Below are positions 16,112-25,876 of a DNA stretch of 39,654 nt, piece by piece. The stretch is taken from positions 1 through 39,654 of IMG/VR virus record IMGVR_UViG_3300012346_000513; one strand, given 5' to 3'. How positions within the stretch are numbered: the first letter of the stretch is position 1; each line of letters begins with the position of its first letter. Source of the DNA: a virus (lineage: Duplodnaviria; Caudoviricetes). The notes under the pieces are model-generated. The model saw nothing but the letters and a program-made list of their open reading frames with translations, was not told where the DNA came from and ran no database searches. The position numbers and the translations under genes were made by a program.

Positions 16112-18043
16112 ATGAGTACTATTACGCCGAACCTTACTGCTGGTATGTCACGCAGTACAGCAATATCTCAAATGAGAGAGATGGCTAGAGCTAAAGTTGG
16201 CGATACCGCAGCCAACGCACTTACGACTCTTGGCGAATTGAGAGACGTACTTAATGTTGATGCTCCTGCGGAATATTCAATTTACAACTACGAACCAGGA
16301 TCAACTGCTCGAGCAAAAGTGAATGCATATCACAATTCTGTGAGTCGTATTTCGATGCTCAATTACATATTTGATCAAAGCATTGGATTGTTCATTGATC
16401 CTTCGGATTTGTCAACATTGTTTCAAGATGGCAACAATACACCTATAACCACTCCTGGTCAAGCAGTTGGATTAGCTTTAGATAAATCACAGGGATTAGT
16501 ACGCGGAGCAGAAGCATTAACTAATTATGATTTTTCAGCGGGATCTACTGGTTGGACTGTAACTAATCCAGATACAACACACATTGTTACGTTTAACTCT
16601 ACTGCTGGAACATGTAGATATCAGTCGGATACAATTACACCAGTTCTAGGCGTAAACCAATCGCTTAAATTGACTGTTGGAAAGTTCTATGAAATAACAA
16701 CAGTATGTATTGCTCATACTTCAGGATCTATCAAAACCGATGCGTTTAGTACCGCATTAGTGTTAGCAGCAGGTGTCGGAACTACTGTAACATATGGCGT
16801 AGCTAGTTCAACTACATTCAGCTTTGTGCGAAATTCCGCAAATGTTGATTTAACAATTAGTTCTGTGTCTGTTCGTGAATTACCCGGAAATCACGCAACG
16901 CAGGCTACACTTGGATCACGCCCATTATATGCAACGTTGCCGGCGAATGGCGTGCGGAACTTAGCAACCGGTTCGGCGTCTCCGGCTAGTTCTGATTGGG
17001 TATCTTCAGCAACACAAAATGGTATCACCTTTACTCGCGTAGCGACAGGGCTGGACACCAATGGACTGCCATATGCTGACTATAGTGTTGTGGGCACGGC
17101 CAGCGCAAACGCTTTCTTTGAACCACTAAACGTGACAACACAACGTGTCCCAGCATTGGTCGGTCAAACCTACACTACCTCTATGATTGCCCGTGTTATT
17201 TCCGGTACTCCACCCCAAGTTGGTGATGGATTTACTGCTTATGTTAGGGGTGAGACTGCGCCATCTACTATAACTGAGACATCAACGCTAAATTATGTTG
17301 GCCCAACAACTGATACTATTATTTCCACATCGTTTACCCCGGTGAATGCTGCGACAAACCAAGTTAGGAGCAGCCCCAGCATCAAAGTCTCTACTAGTGC
17401 AGTAGTTAACTATATCGTTCGCTTAAAGGGTTATCAGTTCGAACGTGGTTCTACTCGCACTACTTACCAATTTAACTACTCTACTGTGAACATTGCTGAA
17501 CCACCATACGCACAGGTTGGTGCATTAAAATTTGATGGTTCAAATGACTTCCTTGTAACGCCAAGTATTGACTTCTCTGCGACTGATAAGATGACTGTCT
17601 TTGCCGGGGTGCGGAAGCTGAGCGATGGGGCGCTTAGTGCACTTGTTGAAATTGGAACGGTTGGTTTGTCTGGAACAGGTGGCATTGGTGCACCAGCCGG
17701 AACAAGTGCAAACTATCGCTTTTCTTCACAAGGAACTACCTTTGTCCCAGCGGTATCTGCATCGTCGTTTGCCTCTCCGAACACAGCAGTGCTCACAGGT
17801 ATTGGCGACATCTCTGGTGACGTCGCAACCCTACGTGTAAACGGTATCCAAGCTGCAACTTCGTCTTCCGATCAGGGCACAGGTAATTACGGCAACTATC
17901 CAATTTACATTGGTATGCGGGCGGGCACATCACTTCCATTTAATGGTTACCTCTATAACCTAATTGTTGTTGGCAAAGCTGCAACTTCAGACCAGATATA
18001 CGCTATCGAGAATTACGTAAACTCCAAGACTGGCGCGTATTGA
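16112..18043 (+). CDS. Inserted adhesin-like protein with a ConA/LamG-like core and two inserted beta-sandwich modules
   Basis: 643 aa, S/T/G/V-rich; DPSDLSTLFQD...DKS...GNHATQ...SRP...FDG-ND-L...F-G-LY--IVV pattern; GAGGA RBS. Lies between gp7 and gp8. Confidence 0.55.
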   Translation: MSTITPNLTAGMSRSTAISQMREMARAKVGDTAANALTTLGELRDVLNVDAPAEYSIYNYEPGSTARAKVNAYHNSVSRISMLNYIFDQSIGLFIDPSDLSTLFQDGNNTPITTPGQAVGLALDKSQGLVRGAEALTNYDFSAGSTGWTVTNPDTTHIVTFNSTAGTCRYQSDTITPVLGVNQSLKLTVGKFYEITTVCIAHTSGSIKTDAFSTALVLAAGVGTTVTYGVASSTTFSFVRNSANVDLTISSVSVRELPGNHATQATLGSRPLYATLPANGVRNLATGSASPASSDWVSSATQNGITFTRVATGLDTNGLPYADYSVVGTASANAFFEPLNVTTQRVPALVGQTYTTSMIARVISGTPPQVGDGFTAYVRGETAPSTITETSTLNYVGPTTDTIISTSFTPVNAATNQVRSSPSIKVSTSAVVNYIVRLKGYQFERGSTRTTYQFNYSTVNIAEPPYAQVGALKFDGSNDFLVTPSIDFSATDKMTVFAGVRKLSDGALSALVEIGTVGLSGTGGIGAPAGTSANYRFSSQGTTFVPAVSASSFASPNTAVLTGIGDISGDVATLRVNGIQAATSSSDQGTGNYGNYPIYIGMRAGTSLPFNGYLYNLIVVGKAATSDQIYAIENYVNSKTGAY

Positions 18044-18046
18044 CTT

Positions 18047-18054
18047 AATAAATA
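18047..18054 (+). promoter_or_regulatory. Probable late promoter variant upstream of gp8
   Basis: AATAAATA (7/8 match) in the intergenic gap, centred in the inverted repeat TGACTTA/TAAGTCA (18041-18059). Confidence 0.55.
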
Positions 18055-18082
18055 AGTCAGACTCAATTCATGGGAAAATAGA

Positions 18083-20140
18083 ATGAAGCTTCTAACAAAC
18101 TACTTTAAGACTCATGCTGCAAAGCAATTTGTCGAATCGCTGTCTGAATCGCAAAACACGATTTACTACGTGGCTGCGCACAGAAGCACGAGTTTTCCCA
18201 ACGACTTTGCTCCGCCTGATCCAGACACATCAGTTGCTGGAACGCACTATCAACTCTATGACGAAATGATTTTTGGTAAGAAGGTCAACACTTCTGACGT
18301 AGTTCACATGACTCGATATATCCCTTGGGTATCGGGCACAGTCTACGAGATGTATGACAGTGTTACTAACGACCTCGAGACTAAAAACTTCTTTGTGGTT
18401 TCACCTGAAGCTGGATCGTATCACGTATTCAAATGTCTGAATAACAATGATGGTGCAGCATCGACTTCACAACCACTCAGATCTGAAGTAGAACCAGAAG
18501 ACGACTTCTATCGTAAGCCAGACGGATATGAATGGAAGTACATGTATTCGATCACTGCATCACAGTGGCAGAAGTTTGCGACATCAGACTGCATGCCAAT
18601 CTTTGAAAACACTCAAGTTACTGCGAATGCTATCAGCGGTTCAATTGACACGATCATCCTCGAGAATCCAGGTTCACGCTACGCAAGTTACGCCATCGGT
18701 AACATCAAAGAGTCGGCAGTAAATGGTAACACCCTGATCTTCTCACTTGAGAGTGATACCATGACTCTCTCGTCGAACAGTGGCTTCTATGAAAACTGCT
18801 CGCTGTACATTGATCAAGGTGCAGGCGATGGTGAGTTGAGAACCATCATTGATTACTTCACCTCCGGCGGTGAAAGAAGAGTCTTGGTCGACCGTCCATT
18901 TGATACACTGCCTGCTCGCGATAGTATCTTTAAGATATCGCCAAGAGTCATCATCGCAGGTGATGGCGAAAACGCATTGGCCCGTACAGAAGCGAATACA
19001 GTCTCTGGTGAGATCACTGAAGTCATCGTTATCAATCGTGGTAAGAACTACACGTACGCTGACATCGAGATCGTTGGTAACACTGGTTTCTCGGCAGCAA
19101 CCACTACGACATCAGCAGTCGCTCGAGCAGTCATCTCTCCTCCTGGTGGTCATGGTTCAAATCCAATCAATGAACTATATGCTAACAAAGTTGGTATTTC
19201 TGTTTCATTCATTGGCACTGAATCAAGCAAAATTCCAGCGGCGAATGATTATCGTAAAGTGTCTCTGATTAAAGATCCACTCTTCAAAGACGTTAATATG
19301 GTATTGAATAACACCGCAGAAACATACACTGCAGGTGAAATCGTTATTCAAACATCGACCGGCGCAAGAGGAAAGGTTTCAAATAGATCTGCAAATACGA
19401 TTAGTTTGACCGATGTGTCAGGATTCTTTGTTACATCAAATACTTCGAATAGTTCGACTGGACTTCTTGGTCAAACTTCGAGTGTTTTAGCATACATCAA
19501 TTCGATTGATAGAAGCTTCGATACGTTTGATCAAAGAAAACTATATGATGTGAATATCCTTGACAATGGTCTAACGAGTGGATTTGTACTTGATGAAACA
19601 GTTGTACAAGCTGGTCTTAATCAAATTGACACAGGCTTTGTAAAGTTGACTCTTGCAAATTCAGCTTATAACTTTGCTGAAGGTGAATTGGTAACTCAAT
19701 CTACATCGGGTGCAACTGGTATTGTTGTTAGCCGATTTGTTGATACTCTAACTCTGAATAACACAAGCGGATTCTTTATTACTAGTGCAAACGTTGTTGG
19801 AAACACTACATCAGTTTCAACAAGTGTGATTGATGTCGATACTACATTCGCTGCTACGGCTGCAGGTGTTGTTCATGAAATCGTTCCAGGCGTAGGCTCA
19901 AATGCTACTATTGGTCTCGTGAATGTGAACGGGGAATTCCTTATCTCGGATACCCCAACAAACACTATAAATACTTTCAGAGGCGAGACGTCACAGGCGA
20001 TTGCACAGATTAACGGTATTGACGAAACACGGAATAAACTAGTTGATGGAAGCGGAGAATTTATATTCGTCGAGAATATGATTCCAATTCAGAGAGATCC
20101 AGATCAAACTGAGCGCATTAAGCTAGTAATTGAATTTTAA
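18083..20140 (+). CDS. gp8: Baseplate wedge subunit gp8 (extended)
   Basis: MI-GKK---DV--M-R---W-SGTVY-MYD, VFKCL-NN, DGY-WKYMY-I----KF-T, PPGGHGS, and C-terminal SGE-I-VEN--PI-R--DQTE-IKLVIEF motifs. Confidence 0.85.
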   Translation: MKLLTNYFKTHAAKQFVESLSESQNTIYYVAAHRSTSFPNDFAPPDPDTSVAGTHYQLYDEMIFGKKVNTSDVVHMTRYIPWVSGTVYEMYDSVTNDLETKNFFVVSPEAGSYHVFKCLNNNDGAASTSQPLRSEVEPEDDFYRKPDGYEWKYMYSITASQWQKFATSDCMPIFENTQVTANAISGSIDTIILENPGSRYASYAIGNIKESAVNGNTLIFSLESDTMTLSSNSGFYENCSLYIDQGAGDGELRTIIDYFTSGGERRVLVDRPFDTLPARDSIFKISPRVIIAGDGENALARTEANTVSGEITEVIVINRGKNYTYADIEIVGNTGFSAATTTTSAVARAVISPPGGHGSNPINELYANKVGISVSFIGTESSKIPAANDYRKVSLIKDPLFKDVNMVLNNTAETYTAGEIVIQTSTGARGKVSNRSANTISLTDVSGFFVTSNTSNSSTGLLGQTSSVLAYINSIDRSFDTFDQRKLYDVNILDNGLTSGFVLDETVVQAGLNQIDTGFVKLTLANSAYNFAEGELVTQSTSGATGIVVSRFVDTLTLNNTSGFFITSANVVGNTTSVSTSVIDVDTTFAATAAGVVHEIVPGVGSNATIGLVNVNGEFLISDTPTNTINTFRGETSQAIAQINGIDETRNKLVDGSGEFIFVENMIPIQRDPDQTERIKLVIEF
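19966..19973 (+). promoter_or_regulatory. Internal late promoter near the end of gp8, upstream of the VrlC-like gene
   Basis: Exact TATAAATA on the sense strand, about 185 nt before ATG 20158. Confidence 0.55.
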
Positions 20141-20157
20141 TAGAGGTACTAAGGCAA

Positions 20158-23100
20158 ATGGGTCTAACTACAGATTTTAACCAATCACCTTATTTTGATG
20201 ACTTCGACGAAACGAAGAACTATCATAAGGTGCTGTTTAAGCCTGCGACTGCCGTACAAGCAAGAGAATTAACTCAGCTACAAACGATTCTTCAAAACCA
20301 GATTGAACGCTTTGGCGATAACATCTTGGTTGAAGGAACGATTGTAAAGGGTGGTAACTTCGTAGAAGAAAACCCTCTGCCATACGTTAAAATTCGTGAC
20401 ATTGCTCGTAATACTTCAGGCGGTGAAGTAGCAACCGACGTTAACCTTTACACTGAGATGAAGGCAATTGGTCTTACAACCGGTGTCGAAGCAATTGTTG
20501 TTGCGACAGCGTTTGGTCTTGAATCGCAGACTCCAAACCTCAGCACTCTCTTTGTGAAGTACACGAAAGGTGCAGTGACGAGCGATATTAACGTAAGCAA
20601 CTTCAGCACGACTGAAGAAATTCAGCTTTACTCAAAAGATGCCTCGGGCGACTATGTGGTTCCTTTCCACCGTGTTACCGCAGCAGGTGTTATTGAAGGT
20701 TCTGCCGCAGTTGGTAATGGTTATGGCGTTCGTTGCGGCGACGGTGTGATCTACCAAAAGGGTCACTTCATTCGTTTTGAAAATGCTCTTACGGTTGTAT
20801 CAAAGTATTCTAACGCACCAGATGGAATCGTAGTTGGATTCCAAACTGAAGAACTACTTGTTGATAGCAATAGCGATTCAAGCCTTCTTGATAACGCAAA
20901 TGGTTTCAATAACGAAAACGCGCCTGGTGCAGATAGACTTAAGCTATCGCCATCGCTGATTGTTAAGCCAGTCAATGAAGTTGACGAAACATTCTTTGCT
21001 ATTCAAGAATACTCGAATGGTCGAATCGTTCGTAGAAAAATTTCAACTCAATACAATGTGATCGAAAAGAATCTCGAGAGAAGAACTCTTGAAGAATCCG
21101 GCAACTATGTCGTAAATCGTTTCCCAGTTCGTGTTGAGCCATCGACAAACACAAGCAACCTTTCGGTCGTTATCGGACCTGGCCTAGGCTATGTCGAAGG
21201 TAAGCGTGTTGAACTGCTCAGTGATATTGCAATCGACATCCCGGAAGCAAGCACATACGTTACGTCGGCTCAACAGAACATCAATACAAACTACGGTTCA
21301 TACGTAGTCGTTAGCAGCTATGTCGGAAGATTCGACTTCACCACATTTGAACAGGTGAACCTGCGTAACTCTTCAAACACTGTGATTGGTACTGCCCTTG
21401 TTCGTGCAGTAACGAGAAATGGTGGCATTGCCGGTCAATACCGTTTGTACCTGTTTAGAATCACTATGAACTCTGGTGCTTCTTTCAACAACGTACACAA
21501 CGTCGTGTCAGCGTCTGGTCTTGGTACTGCTAACCTGGTTCTTGAGACGGTAGCAGGTGTTGCTAATACTGCGGTGCTTAAAGACGCATCATTCCTAAGA
21601 TCAATCTTCCCAATTGGTAAGTCATTCATCAGATCGGTGGATGGCCCGACAACTGACTACACGTATCGTACATCGCAGCAAGTCACTACGACTACTAGCA
21701 CATTCAACATTACTCTGTCAGGCTCTGACGTGTTCCCATACACCGCATCGGGTTCATTGAACAGCGATGAATTGGCAGAGATTATGGTTGTCGCGCACGC
21801 TTCTGTCGGTACGGTAACATCTGGCGAAGTCATGGCAATCTCTTCAGCTACTCTTGACTCGAGCGGAAAGGTTATCACTATCACCACGGTTAAGAACCCA
21901 GGTGCTAGCTTGACCGTTACTGCTTACATCAACGTAAAGAGAACTCAGACCACCATTAACGCTAAAACCCTTGAGACTGTTTACGTTAAAATTCAGGCGA
22001 ATACCAACGTTGGTACTACCACTGGTACATATTCACTTGGTCTACCTGATGCTTATTCTATCGAAGGTGTTTGGAAGTCAGCTAACACTGTTGCATGGGC
22101 TACGATTGAAGGTTATGCAACCAGCAATTCAAGCACAGACAATTACACTTCATTCTTTGCTCTTGATAAAAAGCAATCTGATGCACTCTATGAATTGTCA
22201 GGTATTAAGAAGAGAAAGACTATTACGATCAACACCAACGATAAGTTGATTGTGAAAGCAAAAGTCTTTAAGAAAGACTCAAACCCAGGTCACTTCTTCA
22301 CTGTCGATAGTTACCCAGTCGATGATGCGACTTCAGTGCTTCCTGCTGATAAGATCAGAACAGAAGACATCCCAGTCTTCGTGTCGAGCAACCAAACGAA
22401 ATACTATCTGCGTGATGCAATCGACCTTCGTCCATATGTGTCGAACACTGCAGCATATGCAACTACTGCATCAGCTGCTACGGTTAACCCTGCAACCACG
22501 ACTGCTTTCTCAAACATCCTGTTCCCTGCTCCAAACAAGACGATTGAAGCAACTTATAGTTACTACCTTGGAAGAAACGACATCATTGTCGCAGATAACA
22601 ATGGCGAGTTTGTAACGATTCAAGGTACACCTGCAGAGAATCCAACGTATCCACCAGAACCAACTAAAGGTATGTTGTTGGCTCGTGTTTATGTGCCACC
22701 ATACCCAAGCTTGGCCGCAAGCCGTGCTAACCAAATCGGTAAGCCAGAGTATGGTGTATCAATCTCTTCGAATCAGGCGAAGCGTTACACGATGAAAGAC
22801 ATTGGTGGAATTGATAACCGCCTGCGTAATCTCGAGTACTACACTTCATTGTCACTTCTCGAAACTCAAGCAAAAGACTTCTTGATTGCAGACTCAAATG
22901 GTCTCGATAGATTTAAGAATGGTATCTTTGTTGACAACTTTGATACCCTATATTTGTCTGATGTTAATGGTGGAGAGTTCTACGCAGCAATCGACCCTTC
23001 AAACAAAGACATTCATCCTGGATTTAGACAATACTCACTCGGCCTAAAATACAAGAGTGGTGTTAACATTACTCCTTTTGCAAACACTGTTGCAACGTTG

Positions 23101-25674
23101 AGCAAGAGTGACTATGTTCTTACATCAGTATCACAACCGTACGCAACGAATGTTAAGAGTTGTACAACGAGCTTCTATAACTTTGCTGGTAAGATGGCAA
23201 TCTATCCAGAATATGACTCTGGCCCGGATACCGTCCGTGCACCAGATGTCAACTTCAACTTTGATCTTGCAACGCCATTCATTGAATTCACAGATCTACT
23301 TGCACAGTTCGTTCCTTTGTCCAGATCTGCTGACACTACAACCACAAATACTGTAGGTAGAACTACCACAACTACAGTAGTGACTACGACAACTAGTCTT
23401 AATACTGGTGCAGGACAAGAAGAGACTCAGCAAGTTGGTGACTTTATAACTGACGTAAACTTCTCGCCATTCATGAGATCGAAACTAGTAGAAGTTAAAG
23501 TTGTTGGATTAAGACCAAGCACGCGTTTTTACTTCTTCTTTGATGGTAAAGATGTTAATGCACATGTTGCGAAAGGGTCTGTCGCTGCTGATGGCGCAAT
23601 CATTCCATCTTCTGCATATGGCAACCAAGTTATAACTTCGAATGCTGACGGTGTGCTATACGCGGTATTTAGAATTCCTGCTGAAACGTTCTATGTTGGC
23701 GACAGAATTCTTGAAATTTTTGATATCAACACGTATCAAAATAAAGACGTAGCTACATCTTTTGCTTCTGCTAAGTACAGCGGGTTTAACTTCTCTGCTA
23801 CAAAAACCAGTTTAAGTTCAACTACTCGCCCACCTACCTTTGCCATTAACAGTGTTTCATCACGACCAGTAGTTACTACTACCACCGCTGCAGGTGGCGG
23901 TGGTGGATCTGACCCACTTGCACAGACATTCATCATTGACTCAGATTCATCTTCTGACACTGACGTCTTTATCACAAAGCTTGACCTTTACTTCGCAAGA
24001 AAGAGTAGAGCTGGTAAAGGTGTAGGCGTACAAATCAGAGAAGTCGATAATGGCTATCCTGCAGGAAACGCACTGCCATTCTCTTCAGTCTACTTGACTG
24101 CAGCACAGGTAAATGCTCCTTCTACGGTTGCAGCGACAAATGCTCTCACCGCAACGACTATTACATTCCAGGCACCAGTCGCACTTAAGACGAATACCGA
24201 ATATGCTATCGTCATTGCTCCAGATGGCAACGACCCAGACTACTTGATGTGGATTAGCAGAACCGGCGGTAATGATATCGATACCGGCGTTGCAATTCAA
24301 CAAGACACAAACGCAGGTGTTCTATTTACATCGACGAACAACAAGGCATGGACTCCTTATCAGAACGAAAACCTGAAGTTCAAGATGTATGCCGCAACGT
24401 TTGCTAGTGCAACCGGAAGCATCACATTGACGAACAAAGATCACGAGTTCCTTGACCTTAATAACCTATCTGGCAATTACCTAAGTGGCGAATATGTCTT
24501 CATTGACAAGACGAGTTACAACACTGGTACGGTTTCTATCACGGCCGGTAGTACTACTGTATCCGGCGTAGGCACCTCTTTCACCTCGCAATATGCTCAG
24601 GGCGAACACATCGTTGTAAAGATTAGCGGAACTAACTTTGAAGTGCTTGAAATTGCAAGTATCGCAAGTAACACCTCGATGACCGTGAAGAGTATTCCTA
24701 AGCAATCGGCATCGGCAATTGCACAACACTACTCATCGCCAGTGGGTAAGGTTGCATATATCAATACCAGCGAACCCGTATTGTTGATATTGGAAGACTC
24801 AACTTCTAAGTCTTCAACATTCAAGTTTACTGCTCTCGATAATATCGTTGGTGCTGACTCAGGTGCAACTGCACAGATTCAAACTGTTCGTAACCTTCCG
24901 ATTAGTTACATTCAGCCAGCAATTTATCGTACCAACTTCACGAAGACTCGCACCAATCTTCGTGCAACTAAGTTGTTCAATGGAACGTCTGAAAACAATC
25001 AAAAAGACTTAGCATTCAATAATACTAACTATTTGACTGATGCTACATACTACATTAAGTCAAAGAGCAACGACTTTACATCGAGTGGATTTGAACTTAC
25101 CGTTGATATGCAAAACACTTCACTTACAACAAAAGATACATCGCCAGTTATTGACTATGATATCTCTACTGTAATGTTGGCTGAGTATAGAATCAACAAC
25201 CTTGCAACAAGTGATGTAACTGAAAACACTTCTCTTGGTGGAGCTACATCAAAGTATGTTTCAAAGCGCGTAGAACTTGCTGACGGTCTAGATGCTGAAG
25301 ATATTCGTGTGTTAATTGGTGCTTATAAGCCTTCTCTTACTGACCTAAGAGTATATGTTAAGTTCCAAGCTTCTACTGATATTAGATCGTGGAATGAAGT
25401 TGAATGGACTCAGCTTTCTGTAAAACCTGAGACCAACGCGATATCATCACTTGCTAACCGTTATGATTATCGTGAGTATGAATATTCATTGGGCACAACT
25501 GCAAAACTTGCAGGTGAAGGTGCATGGCTAAATAATGGTACACTCAATTACATTGATCCTACCGGAGCGGTCTATACTAGCTATAAATATTTTGCAGTAA
25601 AGATTGTTATGCTTGCAACAGGTCATAACATCGTACCAAGAGTGAAAGATTTAAGAGCGATCGCCCTGACATGA
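20158..25674 (+). CDS. Large virion structural protein, VrlC-like (DUF4815-type)
   Basis: N-SPYFDDFD--KNYHKVLFKP--AVQARELTQLQTILQNQI, APGADRLK, YTM-DIG----R--NLEYYTSLSLLE, DRFKNGIFVDNF, DPLAQTF and terminal PRVKDLRAIAL motifs. Confidence 0.85.
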   Translation: MGLTTDFNQSPYFDDFDETKNYHKVLFKPATAVQARELTQLQTILQNQIERFGDNILVEGTIVKGGNFVEENPLPYVKIRDIARNTSGGEVATDVNLYTEMKAIGLTTGVEAIVVATAFGLESQTPNLSTLFVKYTKGAVTSDINVSNFSTTEEIQLYSKDASGDYVVPFHRVTAAGVIEGSAAVGNGYGVRCGDGVIYQKGHFIRFENALTVVSKYSNAPDGIVVGFQTEELLVDSNSDSSLLDNANGFNNENAPGADRLKLSPSLIVKPVNEVDETFFAIQEYSNGRIVRRKISTQYNVIEKNLERRTLEESGNYVVNRFPVRVEPSTNTSNLSVVIGPGLGYVEGKRVELLSDIAIDIPEASTYVTSAQQNINTNYGSYVVVSSYVGRFDFTTFEQVNLRNSSNTVIGTALVRAVTRNGGIAGQYRLYLFRITMNSGASFNNVHNVVSASGLGTANLVLETVAGVANTAVLKDASFLRSIFPIGKSFIRSVDGPTTDYTYRTSQQVTTTTSTFNITLSGSDVFPYTASGSLNSDELAEIMVVAHASVGTVTSGEVMAISSATLDSSGKVITITTVKNPGASLTVTAYINVKRTQTTINAKTLETVYVKIQANTNVGTTTGTYSLGLPDAYSIEGVWKSANTVAWATIEGYATSNSSTDNYTSFFALDKKQSDALYELSGIKKRKTITINTNDKLIVKAKVFKKDSNPGHFFTVDSYPVDDATSVLPADKIRTEDIPVFVSSNQTKYYLRDAIDLRPYVSNTAAYATTASAATVNPATTTAFSNILFPAPNKTIEATYSYYLGRNDIIVADNNGEFVTIQGTPAENPTYPPEPTKGMLLARVYVPPYPSLAASRANQIGKPEYGVSISSNQAKRYTMKDIGGIDNRLRNLEYYTSLSLLETQAKDFLIADSNGLDRFKNGIFVDNFDTLYLSDVNGGEFYAAIDPSNKDIHPGFRQYSLGLKYKSGVNITPFANTVATLSKSDYVLTSVSQPYATNVKSCTTSFYNFAGKMAIYPEYDSGPDTVRAPDVNFNFDLATPFIEFTDLLAQFVPLSRSADTTTTNTVGRTTTTTVVTTTTSLNTGAGQEETQQVGDFITDVNFSPFMRSKLVEVKVVGLRPSTRFYFFFDGKDVNAHVAKGSVAADGAIIPSSAYGNQVITSNADGVLYAVFRIPAETFYVGDRILEIFDINTYQNKDVATSFASAKYSGFNFSATKTSLSSTTRPPTFAINSVSSRPVVTTTTAAGGGGGSDPLAQTFIIDSDSSSDTDVFITKLDLYFARKSRAGKGVGVQIREVDNGYPAGNALPFSSVYLTAAQVNAPSTVAATNALTATTITFQAPVALKTNTEYAIVIAPDGNDPDYLMWISRTGGNDIDTGVAIQQDTNAGVLFTSTNNKAWTPYQNENLKFKMYAATFASATGSITLTNKDHEFLDLNNLSGNYLSGEYVFIDKTSYNTGTVSITAGSTTVSGVGTSFTSQYAQGEHIVVKISGTNFEVLEIASIASNTSMTVKSIPKQSASAIAQHYSSPVGKVAYINTSEPVLLILEDSTSKSSTFKFTALDNIVGADSGATAQIQTVRNLPISYIQPAIYRTNFTKTRTNLRATKLFNGTSENNQKDLAFNNTNYLTDATYYIKSKSNDFTSSGFELTVDMQNTSLTTKDTSPVIDYDISTVMLAEYRINNLATSDVTENTSLGGATSKYVSKRVELADGLDAEDIRVLIGAYKPSLTDLRVYVKFQASTDIRSWNEVEWTQLSVKPETNAISSLANRYDYREYEYSLGTTAKLAGEGAWLNNGTLNYIDPTGAVYTSYKYFAVKIVMLATGHNIVPRVKDLRAIALT
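25582..25589 (+). promoter_or_regulatory. Internal late promoter upstream of the 67-aa gene and long fibre
   Basis: Exact TATAAATA on the sense strand, about 80 nt before ATG 25671. Confidence 0.6.
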
Positions 25675-25874
25675 TTCAGACTGACGAAAAAGATTTTGCC
25701 AGAGACGTATCCAGTAGAGCCTTGATAAATACAAATATCAAGGCTCTACACGAGTATCGTATGAATAAGCAACAGGTCAATAGAATTGAAAATATTGAAA
25801 ATGACCTGGAAAGTTTGAAGTATATGATGCTTGAGATTAAACAAATGATAACCGAATTAAGTACAGGTAAGTAA
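25671..25874 (+). CDS. Small coiled-coil protein following the VrlC-like gene
   Basis: 67 aa; RD--S-A-INT motif then a heptad-like C-terminus; ATGA overlap with the upstream stop. Confidence 0.75.
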   Translation: MIQTDEKDFARDVSSRALINTNIKALHEYRMNKQQVNRIENIENDLESLKYMMLEIKQMITELSTGK

Positions 25875-25876
25875 GA

